A DNA stretch of 64,000 nt from Setoptus koraiensis (Eukaryota > Animalia > Arthropoda), in contig CM106586.1 of NCBI GenBank assembly GCA_048013815.1, positions 19,840,001 through 19,904,000 on the forward strand, written 5' to 3'. Each line of letters starts with the position of its first letter. The stretch's first letter is position 1. A program made the position numbers and the translations under genes. Positions 38,846 through 51,000 of this stretch are shown here, piece by piece. Below the pieces are notes generated by a model, which was given only the letters and a program-made list of their open reading frames with translations, did not search any database and was not told the DNA's origin.

Positions 38846-40892
38846 TTATGGTGACGATTTCCATACTTTTCTTGTACAATAGTCGCTAGCAGCACAAGCT
38901 TTAGCATGAGCCGAAGATTGACACCAGTAGCCAGGTCCGAAGGAACATTTTGCGGCACCTAATAGATGCTTGTTGGAACTTTTGGGGCACAAACCTATGT
39001 CCTGACACAGTTGTTTTGGACTGTTCATGGTGCCTATAGCTCTCAATATCTCGGGTCCGAACGTGTCGATAATGAGACGGCATTCGTTGCGATTGGAGTT
39101 GGGAAAATTGTTACAAATGGTATCAACTAGATGAGAGATGTCCCTGTCCACAGATTGAGTGGCTAGTAATTTGTCTATATAGGCTACTGTTGATTCGCAA
39201 GTATCGCAGTAATTGTCATTTCTGGTCAGACTGTCTAGGTTTGGTTTCGGTTTGCACATTTCTATATCTTCACAAAACTCTTCACCGTTAAGCTTATGCA
39301 CTATGACTTCGAAGATTTTTCCCGAGTATTCTTCGACCATTCTTCTGCAAGTTTTAGCCACGTCCTTATCAGTTATTTGTGCGCATATTTTGTTTTCCAA
39401 TATATTCTTCAACTCGTTCTCTGACTGCACGTTGGATAATTTGCTCTTGACGAAGTGAATAAATAACTTGCATTCTAAACAAGCTTCGCTTGTTGCGTTG
39501 AGGATCTCATCCAATTGAGTGAAGAATGTCTTGAATGAGCCCGTCTGGGTTGATGGTGGCGACTCGCGGTGTTTAGCGGGAACGGGTGACATCCTGTTTG
39601 GCACGTCATAGGTGCACAAGTCAAGCATCATGCAAACCAACTCAGGAGCGCTCTCGTCGATCAAGATTTTAACGATTTCATCGGCGTACCGATCGACAAA
39701 TTCATCACACTGCTTGCGTTTGGGACCAGCTTTGTAAACAATTTGGCAGACCTCTCTCAGAGCTGCTTCAATGCTTTCCTCTGTGCGATTTTGGTTAATT
39801 AGCGGAAGTATTTGTTTGATAACGGTCTTGCACAGCATGCATGGTACCGCGTCTTTGTGTTCTACCGATGAGACATCCTTGTCTTGAGCCGGCTCGATAA
39901 GTTTGACGCTCGTCTGGGGGCCAAGACTAGCAAAATCGTCGAGGGTTGGCAAGAGCATATCCTGAAAGTATGAAGACACGATAGTTGATTTTTTGGGACA
40001 CAGCTGTACTGCGGCACAATATGCCTTGGCGTTCATGTGCTCCACGAATTGTATCAATTGATCGAATTGGTTGTTGAGCAGATCGTCGCATTCTTGGTCC
40101 TGGTGGATTTTGTTGAGATAGCTGCAGAGCTGCTTGATACCGTCTCTGATTTGGTTGACATTCTTTGGATCTGTGAGACTCTCCTTGAATTGGTTGACTG
40201 TGTCGACACAAATGTTGCAAACAACATCCCCGTCGTCTTGATCTGATGTTGCGCGTAATGCCGTCGTGCCGTCAATCTCTGCCGGTCCGCAGGCACCGAT
40301 TTGGTCGCAGTGTGAGGCCGGATTAATGTTGTCCATGGTCTGGAACATCTTGGCGACCATGTATTGGCACTGTTTTGTATAGAATGGTTGTTAGAATCGG
40401 GTGTTAGAATCGGGTGTTAGAATCGGGTGCAAGTGCTGGCTGCATAATGAACGACGACAGACAGTGTGTTGGGTGGCAAAGAACGAATACTTACGGGACC
40501 GTCTCTGTAGTCGGTGGCGGCCGGATATTGTTCGCGACAGAAGCGCATCATAGCGTCTCTGAATGCGCCTCTGGTGGCCGTGCTGTTCAAGCGATGCAAA
40601 TACGACACAGTCGATTTGCACCCCTGACAAAAGTTGGAGCCAGCCGGTTGTTTTGTTACGTCTTGGTGGGCCCGCGCTGCAATTGATCGTGAACACGGGT
40701 TAATTAATCGTTGGTTGAGTTTTGCAATAGACTGTGAGTGAATACTATTCAGCCGTTCCAGCTATTCACCGAACAGCTGACGGAACGGGAAGGTCAGGGG
40801 GAAAATTGATAGGGATACTCACCGATTTGAATGAAGGCGCAAGCAACCATGAGAACGACTGCCAGTTGGGCAGCGTTTCGAATAAAAGCCAT
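38846..40892 (-). CDS. PSAP: Prosaposin-like precursor, 591 aa, 3 exons
   Basis: join(40823-40892, 40495-40676, 38846-40369); both introns are GT-AG and phases are consistent (1, 0). Signal peptide MAFIRNAAQLAVVLMVACAFIQIA, five saposin-B domains (CxxC...C...C...C-x5-C) and a C-terminal saposin-A motif (LLGAAKCSFGPGYWCQSSAHAKACAASDYC). Confidence 0.92.
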
Positions 40893-41513
40893 GTCTGGTG
40901 ATACTGTATATACGTCGTTGTTGATACTGTATATATGTCGCTGTTGTTGTTGTTGTTGTCGTTGATACTGTATATATGTGGTTGTTGTTGTTGACTGGGG
41001 TCTCGTTGTTGTGGTTGGTCGAATATCTGTGAGTGTGTCGGTTGTGGTCCGAGAATACGACTGAACGATGATTCGAACTGAATAAATATATATGTTATCG
41101 GGTCGTGTCCGTGTCACAATGTATTGCGGGGCGGCGGTTTGCTGATGCCAACAGTAACACAGGGAATCGCTAGTGATATCTGCTTGTTGCCAATTTTTCT
41201 CGTCTATTGTTGTTGTTTTTGTTGGTCGATTTGTCGAGATTTATCGTCTGATTGGTATAATTGATATTGGTGTAGCATTTATATGTATGATTCACAATAC
41301 AAATGTTAGTTTAGTGCGTTGCACGGTACGACGACACACAGCAAAAGTCGCTGTTTGTTGTTATTATTTGCCATGGCGAGGGCGAGTTAAATATTTCATC
41401 GTTGTTATCATCGTGGGCTATCTCTCGCACAACTCCAATGAGCTCACAAATCACAACAACAACAACAACAACAACAATGGGGCACGACACGCCCCATTAT
41501 TGTTGCCGGCCAG

Positions 41514-41557
41514 CGGTTTTGTCGGCTGCGGTCCGCGGACCGCAGCCGACAAAACCG
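41514..41557. repeat. Perfect 44-bp palindrome with no spacer
   Basis: cggttttgtcggctgcggtccg|cggaccgcagccgacaaaaccg; the halves are exact reverse complements. Confidence 0.97.
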
Positions 41558-42142
41558 TTGACTCACAACGGTCAGTGTGTGCGCGTCTTTTGGTCCAATA
41601 GGCACAGCGCGTCTTGGCCCACTGTGCACAGCGCGAGTGGGCCAAAAGTCTTGAGCGACGGGGCGTGGCGGCGGTGGTACGCCACAAACCTCGAAAGTCC
41701 CGACTCGGGACTCCCGAGGTCCGCTGGGCACGGGGGCAGGCCGGCGCGCACCGCAAGCTCGCACCCAATGGCCCAATGCTCGTTGTTATCAGCAGTTCAA
41801 CATGGCCAATAATGGCATAATTGACTGGCACGATCTTGCCAGACGACAACTGATAATATCGCTCGAGTTGCGGGCGCCCATCCGCCGCTATTATGCTGAT
41901 TCATACATCACAATGAACATCATGAGACTGTTAATATCAGCAGTCTTGTTTACTGGAGTTTCGCTGTTCCTTGCTCCGATGCCGAGCGCACCAATGCAAC
42001 GCGATCGCTCACAAGCCGGATTCACAAGTCAGAGACATCGTCAATATAAATATGCAGTACACAATGGGATCGTCGTCGTCTAATCAACATATCCTCGCCA
42101 ATCAATCAGGAAATGCGATCTATTTGTGCAATGTCGCGCGCC

Positions 42143-42227
42143 GCTTGATAACTCCACAAGCTTGATAGCTCCACAAGCTTGATAGCTCCACAAGCTTGAT
42201 AGCTCCGCAAGCTTGATAGCTCCACAA
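42143..42227 (+). repeat. 17-bp minisatellite, 5 units (gcttgatagctccacaa)
   Basis: Units start at 42143, 42160, 42177, 42194 and 42211; two single substitutions. Confidence 0.95.
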
Positions 42228-43799
42228 GGTTCACACACGTATCGAGTCGGCATGTTTTGTTGGCGTCTTTATCGACGCAACTCGACAACGTAACGCAATA
42301 TGGCCATTCGAGCATCATAAAGCTACGCTTTACACTTGCGTGAATAGCTGATGAATAGTTTGGATAGTCGGTGCGACATTCCCATTACATTCATATATTG
42401 ATGTAAGCCGCATATTTATATCGACGGCGAAGGCATGCTGCAAAATGGCTCTGTCTGGGGGAGTCGCGCGAGTTGAAAGCCAAGAGTTGAACGGCAACTG
42501 GCTAATCCCACGACAGATTGTTGCGAGAACAGCCTCTTGTGGGGGCCCCTGCTCACTGCACAAGCTTGTGGCTTCTCTAATTACCGGCTGCACGATGGAA
42601 ACAATGGAAACAACAATTATCGCTCGCTTATTAACTTTATAATGATACGCTGGCAAATGATGTTGCCAGTGTGCAGCAATTAGCGCTGTCGTTTAGAGCG
42701 TTGTCTATCACTTGTCTGCAAGTTCATCCAATGGCACAACAAACAGGCAACAAGCCACAATATGAATATCCCATGAATGTGTGGGCAAGCTCAGCCAGCT
42801 CAACAGCAACAACTCGACAACAACGACCCGACAACAGCAACAACCCGACAACTAAACACAAATTAAGCTCAAGAAACACGCACTGACAATATGTTATCAG
42901 CGATAATTTATCAGCGATAAGAGAGCCGATGACGTCAATTTATGAACTGACGGCCTAGCATGGCTTTGGCTTGTCACAGCGAACAGACAATGCAATCGTG
43001 GCGAAGCTTCGGTCAACTGGCTACGCTGGCGATGCTTTGGAACAAGACGGCTTAATGAATGTGCCAATTCTCAACTGTTTGCCAAGCTCGTTCGCCACTG
43101 CCATTGGTGCGGCATCGCAGCGAAACAGCTCAAGCCGACAAATCGATGCGGCTCAGTCATGAACTAAACGATGAATCACACGATGAATCACACGATGATC
43201 TCGTGATGAACATTTGCCGAGCATGTATCGAGCCAGCATCGAATTGATTTCGAAGAATAACTGCAAAACAACGGTGTCAGCAGACACGAATGGCCCCTCA
43301 ACAGTCGATTTGAGAAAATCTTCAGCCGTCGGCCATTGAGTGGCGAGGATAGAGCCAGCTCAATTAAGGCCAGTCGAGCAACTCGACTGAGCACAGACGC
43401 GGGGAGCCAATGGGGCCAAGAGACGAGACGTTTCAGGGTTTGCCGATCATCGTGTGTGATAATCAGGTTGTTTATTGTGTTGATAGTTTCAGTGATAGTT
43501 TGTACAATGAGGAATCGGTTTTGATTGGCGACCGACTCGGCAACGAAACTAAGCGACACAAAGCATGCGATTCGATGTTGTCCACCTAATTATAACTAAT
43601 TATACTATCTACCGTCTGTCGGACACTTGGCTCACCTGGCGGTGAGCTCAATGTCCCGCGGGATGTCCGACAAAGCCCCGAGGGATGGCGATGGGGCGTG
43701 GGGGCAAGGGGGCAAGGGCACGCACAAAGAACTTGCTGGCATGAGATGTTTTGTGTTCTTTGTGATGATGCTGTTTTGGCTGGTGCTCATTTATGACGC

Positions 43800-44118
43800 T
43801 CATTTCTTCAATAGGAGCGCTGCCCCGGGGTAGGCAGCGTATCCGTATGATGCAATTGGGGCGGCAACTGGTGCGGCCACGGTGTGTGCGGGCCAGCCAG
43901 CGTATCCGTAGGCCGGGTAAGCTCCGCCGTAGTAGATTTGGGCCGAGGCGACAGCGACGAAAGCGGCCAAGAGGGCGACGATGATCTATCCATGTCAACA
44001 GCAACAGATAATCAGCAACAGGTAATGAAACGAGAGCGTTGGTTAGGCTTCGTTGGTTTGGGTCGCTTGTGGCATGAGTATTTTATGAATGAATGATACT
44101 TACGATTGCTCGAGACAT
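43800..44118 (-). CDS. Small secreted cuticle peptide, 66 aa, 2 exons (Y/G/A-rich, AAP(V/I) motifs)
   Basis: join(44104-44118, 43800-43985); exon 1 is MSRAI with a gtaagt donor, and the acceptor is gatag. Product: MSRAIIIVALLAAFVAVASAQIYYGGAYPAYGYAGWPAHTVAAPVAAPIASYGYAAYPGAALLLKK. TATA box upstream. Not in the ORF track. Confidence 0.88.
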
Positions 44119-44254
44119 TTTTGATTGTTGGTGTTTGGTTTGTTTGTGAGTGTCGTGCTGACGAAGATATTTGTTTGTTGTTTGGTTGGCGTTTGCTAAC
44201 TTGATCAGTTTGCTTGCTGGAGTTGAATGGTATATGTTGGCTCACCGTGTCGCC

Positions 44255-44262
44255 TATTTATA
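44255..44262 (-). promoter_or_regulatory. TATA box (TATAAATA) of the cuticle peptide gene
   Basis: Minus-strand gagtataaataggcg, about 140 bp upstream of the ATG at 44118. Confidence 0.7.
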
Positions 44263-46016
44263 CTCGCGTCAGTCGGGGCCCCGCTCCAGCCAGTCAGCCA
44301 CTGAGCAGCCGCTCAACAGCCGATCAACAGCCACTCAATAGCTACTCAATAGCTGGCAAGGGCAACAATAGGGCAACACAGCGCAAATAGCAGCCAGCAC
44401 GTGCAACGCGCAACAATAACGGGTGGGACGAGCCGTAACGCGCTCGTGCTGTGCGCTTTGGCCAATTAATTAATCGGCTATTCATTCATAATGGCAACGC
44501 TGATAATCGCGCTGATTTGCATAGTTGCCTCTGCAGCAGCAGCAGCAACAGCAGCAACAGCGGCAGCAGCAGCGACAGCAGCAGCGACAGCAACACTGCA
44601 CACGAACGAGCCCACTCGTGATCGCTTTTGCACGTGCAGCCCCTCGATACGCCTAGGCATTGTAAGAGATTGTCAGAGATCATTGATAATGGTGGCGTCT
44701 GATATGCCAAGGCACGCTCATCGGGATTAGGGCGACAAATGAAATTATAAATAAATATAAAATGAATATCCAGTAATCACCAGCGGAAAAGTGCGCGCAC
44801 GAGACAGGTGCGGCGACGAGTCTCTTTGCCGCTGGCCTCCTTCTTTTGTACATTCTTTGCATTATCTTGCACTGATTGTACGTTGTACGCAACATACAAC
44901 CCGCCAACAGGTAACGGTGACGAAGCCAGCCGAAGCTGTACAATGCACACCGTAAACCTGTTTGCCCGTCTACCTGTCGGGCGCCGGCGAACGTCGCAAG
45001 CAAACGAGGGGCACAGCTTGCAATCGTCGGCGTGATGGCTCACAACGTCTGGCGGCTCGGTGGCTGGCAAACTGGCGGCTTGATCGGTTGGCAAGTTGTT
45101 ATTCAAGTAACTGGCTCACTTACGCGCCGTGGCCTGGCGTGCTTGCGGCAGCGGGCTCGTTACAACAAACGATTGTGTTTGCATCTTGTTAATGGATAAT
45201 GACGCCATTTTGCGTTAAGGCATGTCGGTGGGCATGCAAATGATCTTGTTGCGTCGCTGGCAACTTTGTTTGCGGCCACAATTGCCTGCTGAACTTCACA
45301 GTGCGAACTTGGCACGCTCGAGGAGCGCTAATAATGGAAAATAAAATAAGCATTCAATGAATTATTAATTATTATTGATCGGAGCTCCTTCGTGAGAACG
45401 GCTGACGATGCCCTTGGCGGCTATTGTACTGCTATTATAACGTTATTGTATTATCTGTTTGCCAGTTTTATCCCTGTAACGGACGATAAATAAGCGATAA
45501 ACTGGTTGGCAGCTCGTGTTTATGTGCACAACGCGCGCGCCTTCCTCACAAACTTGATTATTACAATATTTGCTCTTGTCAGTTATTTTGTTGTCAGTTT
45601 ATGGAGACAATGATGCACCAACTAACACGATCTAATAGTGAATAATCATGATAGAGACGCCCGGCGTGTCAGTGATATATTTTACAGTTTGGATTATAGT
45701 TTGGGCGAAAAGTGGCGTCGACGAAACGAGTGACTGGCAAAATGGCATTTGTAGCAACCGTTTGTTTTTTTTGTGTTAGCAACCGTTTATTTTGCCGTAC
45801 GGCAATGCCAGATCATTCAAATCAATCGGGACGCAACGGAACAGGTTGTCGTCGTCGGCGGGCACGTTCTAGCCGACCATCGTTCGCGTTATCAACAGCC
45901 ATCATTGGCAAACTATTAACAAACTAGGCAATTTCGCCGGCTATTCATTCCATCTTTGGCGCCGTCATTGTGGGCGATCGACAGGCGCTCATTGGTCGAT
46001 CCGATCAATCGATCTT

Positions 46017-46142
46017 GAGAGCCGAGAGCCGAGAGCCGAGAATCGAGAATCGAGAATCGAGAATCGAGAATCGAGAATCGAGAATCGAGAATCGAGAATC
46101 GAGAATCGAGAATCGAGAATCGAGAATCGAGAATCGAGAATT
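46017..46142 (+). repeat. Heptamer array: (GAGAGCC)3 followed by (GAGAATC)~15
   Basis: 126 bp = 18 x 7 bp; the last unit is gagaatt. Confidence 0.97.
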
Positions 46143-46330
46143 GAGAAGCTTTTTTGCTGCCATCGCTCGAAACAACAGCCAGCACACATCGCTCGCTATT
46201 CACCGCCACTGCTCGCTTGCTCATATCCGCTCACCCGGAACGCGGCCACCCGGTAACTCGGGTGCCTGCTAATGAATTGCTCGTGTTCAGCCAGGGAGAG
46301 AGAGATTTGGGTCTCGGTCGAGGTCGGCTC

Positions 46331-46336
46331 TTTATT
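46331..46336 (-). terminator. Polyadenylation signal AATAAA after the Yorkie-like stop codon
   Basis: Minus strand reads TGA ttatgta AATAAA. Confidence 0.55.
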
Positions 46337-46343
46337 TACATAA

Positions 46344-47297
46344 TCACAGAAATTCTTCGATTTCCTCCGGTGCCAGATTTGGCAAGATGTCGCCACTGCC
46401 GGCTGCTGCATTGGCGGCCGGATCGAGCGCCGGTGGGGCCGCACAAGCTTGACTGGCCGGCGCATTCGGGCCACCACACCAATAGGCCGGCTGGCGCGGG
46501 CCGGCGAGCCCAACCAACTGCGGTATCACTGCGGTTGCCGGTGGTGAAGTAATTGCTGCTGCTGCAACTGGCTGATGCAACATCGAACAGTGTTTGTGTG
46601 TATTGTTTGCTTGCCATAGCGATGGTAGCCAAGTGTCTTGGCGGTTGCACAAATTGGTTGCTGCCAGCTGATTGTGACACTTGTCAAACATGATGCCAGA
46701 CTCGAGTTGGTGTTGGTGTTGACCATGTTGATGATGCAAGCGTTGTTGCGGCGTGTTGTTGTTGTTGTAATTACCGTCCGGGCTGTTGCTTACTTGATGA
46801 CAACAACGCTCCAGGTGAGCGGGACCAGCGTAACTGGCCGATGCTGTTGCTCGCTTCATGTCATGGTCACTTTTTGTTGTCATTGTTGTTGCTGCGATTA
46901 GACTGTTGTTGTTCTTTGGATAATTATTATAATTGTTGTTGTTTATTTCACTAAATGACTGCTGATTTTTTGACGACATGCAACCACAGCCACTGCCCAT
47001 TGGCAATTTCGGCAGCGTCGTGTTACAGGCCGTGGCACCCGCGCCAATCAACATGAACGCCGGCGTAGTGCTCGTGGGCTGCGGTTCGAAGAACGACCTC
47101 GGCAACTGACGCTGCCGCAGTGGCAAGCTAGCTCGCCGTGACGTCCCGCTTGCTCCGGGCGTCAAAATACAAAAAAGTTCCTCTAGGTCCTTCATGGTGC
47201 CTCTGTTGGCCTTCTGCTGCTGCTGTTGCTGTTGCTGATGTTGTGGCTTGTCGATGTTGTTGATGTTGACACAGTTACTTTGTTGCATTGTATGCAA
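46344..47297 (-). CDS. Yorkie/YAP-like TEAD-binding-domain protein lacking WW domains, 317 aa, intronless
   Basis: KDLEELFCILTPG...LPLRQRQLPRSFFEP matches the Yki/YAP TEAD-binding helix plus omega-loop (recalled Yki: LQALFDSVLNP...LPLRMRKLPNSFFTPP). Acidic/hydrophobic C-terminus (GDILPNLAPEEIEEFL). AATAAA at 46331-46336 just after the stop. Confidence 0.75.
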   Translation of the reverse strand: MHTMQQSNCVNINNIDKPQHQQQQQQQQKANRGTMKDLEELFCILTPGASGTSRRASLPLRQRQLPRSFFEPQPTSTTPAFMLIGAGATACNTTLPKLPMGSGCGCMSSKNQQSFSEINNNNYNNYPKNNNSLIAATTMTTKSDHDMKRATASASYAGPAHLERCCHQVSNSPDGNYNNNNTPQQRLHHQHGQHQHQLESGIMFDKCHNQLAATNLCNRQDTWLPSLWQANNTHKHCSMLHQPVAAAAITSPPATAVIPQLVGLAGPRQPAYWCGGPNAPASQACAAPPALDPAANAAAGSGDILPNLAPEEIEEFL

Positions 47298-48032
47298 ATA
47301 TCACATGCTCAACCTGACACAACTGACAGTTGACAATTGCCGCTACTCAGCAACAACAACAACAACAAACGAGCAACACTGTCTGTCGTGTGTTTATCTC
47401 CAACAACCGGCTGTCATTCCGCCGACAACTACTATACGCTGCTGCTGAACGCTGCTGGTCGTGGTGCCATATGCTCCTGATGTATATATATTTATATATT
47501 TAGCAGTAAGTGGTTGCCAGTAACACAATTGCCACAACACTAGCGAACACGAAATAGTAAAACTAAATACAAAATCCACCTTCACACAGCTACCTTGATG
47601 ACGACTGCCACGGTGCTGGTATTGCGTTTCAGAAAGTGTCAGTCATTGTCATTGCCACTATACCTCTAGCTTGGCAAGTTTAATTCTGCAGTTACTCTTG
47701 GGCACATCTATTTATTTCGCCGTTGTTTCCAACCTAATGATGATACACGCCATGATATACAAACAAAACAAAAACAAAAACTAGCCATCTCTGTATGCCA
47801 TCTACAGTAATTTACAGTCTCCAAATATGGCTACTGTTGCTAATGCCTCGATTGTCTCGAAATCTATGTAATCTATCATTATTATGTATATTGTATGTAT
47901 GCTGGTGCTGCTAAATGCGAAAATTTATTCAATTATAACTTTTTTTAACGCGCAATGTTCAAATGTGCGATAAGAGAGATCGATTTTAATTGGATTATAA
48001 TAAGCGTTTATAATAACGATTATAACACGACT

Positions 48033-51000
48033 TCACATCCAGTCGATTTGATCGACAATACTATCTGATTTGTTGCGACGATTCCTTTCTGCGCCAGGCG
48101 CTGCCTCAAAGGTGGACTGATCAATTCTGTTTAGTCCAATGAGATTCTTAATTTCGGAAATAGCAATAATTAATTTGCGTCTATGAAGAAATGGCAAGCC
48201 TAAATCGGCAAGGTCATTCTCTGTAAGATTAAATAAAGTACCTAGATCAATGTCATGCTGACTGAATAATCCAAAATATTGCACCAGTCCAATGCGGCTC
48301 AGAAATTCGGTCAAATTTAAATAAGAGGACAATTCATCATTGCTTCTACTGTTGCCGCTAGTGCTTGTTTGATTGTTGCTGCTGTTTTGATTATTAGTCG
48401 ACTGGGTAGAATTAATAAGCAGTCTGGCATTAAGCCAGCTAGTATCTGGTTGTGATTCGCGACGCGTAACTTCGTCCAACATGTTGCTCTGAGTGAATAA
48501 CGGACCTCGATAAGACGAAAGGCCACCGCGGCCACCACTTACACTCCCGCCGCTTCCGCTGGCCCCACTTCCGCTTCCGCGTGAGTTGATGGAGGAAGAT
48601 GAGCCCTGATCCCAAATGTTGTGACTAATAGTCGATTCGGACATTGATCGAGAGAAACCCTGACCCGCCCAGAGGGGTGTGGGCAGCCTAGGTTTTTCAG
48701 CGCAAGGTTTTGCCATCATGGCCTTGACTGCCTTAAGTCTGAACTCATCATAGTTCAAATGCTGATTGTCTAATCCAGTCTCAGACAGCGACCTGGAGCC
48801 TCCTAAACCTGGCGGCGCTGGAATTAGTCGCTGCTCTATGTTTCGGTTGGTCAGAGTTTGTTGCTGTTGAGACGATGGCTGTTGCTGGAGTTGTTGCGAA
48901 AGCTGTTGTTGTTGCTGGTGATGCTGTTGCTGGTTATGTTGTTGCTGGTGATGATTGTGATAATGATGTTGATTGTTGCTCTGTTGATGAACAATCTGTT
49001 GCTGCTGTTGTTGTTGCTGGGGCTGAGCATCCTGGGGAACAATTAGCCGCTTTTCTATACTCTTTAACATGGGCAACACTGAATCAGGTGCCAATTGTTT
49101 GAGTTGCTGCGCTATTAAAGCTTGAAACACCTTCGGATTTGGCGACTGACTTGGTGTTAACGGGCCTGTTGGTGGATTGGTGGCGCACTGAGGTAAAAGC
49201 ATAGAGGATAATTTGCTACATAATTTAAAAGCATGTTGATCGCAACATGATGGCACTTCGTTATCATCAAGATCCAGTATCTGCTTGCGGACTTCAAACA
49301 ATAGACGCGAGTCTCTTTCTGGTCCGCGCACCACGATGGATTTTGTGTTCTGTCTTTGCTTTGGTTTTATTAAAATAGTAATTTGCTATTGGGGGAACGC
49401 GATGAAATTAAAGATTGTAAGAATCACAGTGCACGAGAGATAAACTAGACACTGAAAGATTATGGACAAAAGATTGTCAAAGAGTGATTTTTGATTTTTT
49501 CAAATGTTGACTTACTCGCATGTGATCCATCAATTGTGTCACTTGAACTGCGTCCACCTCTTGTCCTTCTTTAAGATCAAATATTAAAATAAGAGGCAGA
49601 TGACCTAACAACTCCTGCCAAGCGCAATACACCGATTCAAAATTTGGACCACGTATACTTATAGACGTCTTCCTGTTTGACTGTTGCTGGTAATTGCCAG
49701 GCGATCCTCCAAGAGACGCATTCAAGGATGAGCTAGTATTAGAGTGGCCATAAATAGTTGGTTGTGTTGGTGTAGATCCAAATTGAGATGAGTGTTGTTG
49801 TTGTTGTTGCTGCTGATGTATAGAAATACCATTGTTGTTGTTCAAATCGGTGGTTGAGATAGTGGTGGTAGTGGTGGTGCTATTAATATTATTATTGTTA
49901 ATGGTGCTGTTGTTGTTATTGTTATTATTATTATTAATTGAGCTTGGCAGGCCGCTAGAAGTACCGGGATCTGGCATTGTTATCACGGCGCCTGTTGATT
50001 GCATGATGGCTCTGATGTTGTTGTTTAAGCGACCCATTATAAAAGAGTGATGCTGAACGGCCACATCAACGGTCATCATTAATGGAACATTGATAGAGTT
50101 GGCACTAAATCCTGTCAAATACTCGATAAGGACCGATAAACCTTGTCGTAGTCCGGTGATATGAGATCGAGTACCTCGCACTGCAACGGTTATAATGCCC
50201 GACGAGGCGAAGTAAGAGTTGTTGTTACATTTGGAATCATCATAACGGAATGCAATAGTGATACCATAGTTTTGTTGTATGGCCTGCAATTGTGGCGATT
50301 GGGGATCTAATGTTGGCGGCGAATGTAAGCCATTGTTTAGTGGCAAATCAAATTGTAACGTAATAGGCAACATGTCTCTGATGCGACAACGCGATTGTTC
50401 AACGCCAATGGCCGTGCCAGCTATTGACACCTGATTGGATTTTTCCGCCATATTAGTGCGATTAGAATCAGGAAAGTGTATGTGGCATCCAGTTTCATCC
50501 ATGACACGCTGTATAGAGCGGCCGCCCTTGCCTATAATGTGCGAATGATCAGTGAATGCAACATCCATTTTCAGCGTGACCCTATTGCGTCTAGTGTCCA
50601 ATTGCTCATATATGATCTCTTTTGCCGCGTTGATTGAGTGCGGACTTCCGGTTATGCGAACATGAGGATCCTTTTTTGACTTGGTGCCTGGCTTTAGTTT
50701 TGGCGGCCACATAATTTGAGTGTTGGTGGATTGCATGACTTTTCTAAAAAACGAATCGGCGTCACTTCCGTAGTCCGTATTATCTGCGGTGTGTATTGAT
50801 GGGTCCGTATAGTGTGGATTGTATAGTGTGGATTGTATAGTGTGGTTGGTATTGTGTGGTGGATGGGGGGATGTGGGACATGTATAATAATTGGTGTTAA
50901 CATTGTTTGGCTGAACATTGGCGAGTGCTGACGAACAACAACAAAGAACTGAGAGCGAGCATGTGGCCGGCACACGGCGAGCACGGCGTGTGTCGCGGTG

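Noticed and set aside
45916-46272. ORFs with SRFSILD / ENRESRI repeats
   Set aside because: Translations of the GAGAATC heptamer array.
50023-50034. BicC third KH loop reads GRLN rather than GxxG
   Set aside because: From memory, Drosophila BicC is also degenerate at this loop, so it is not distinctive.
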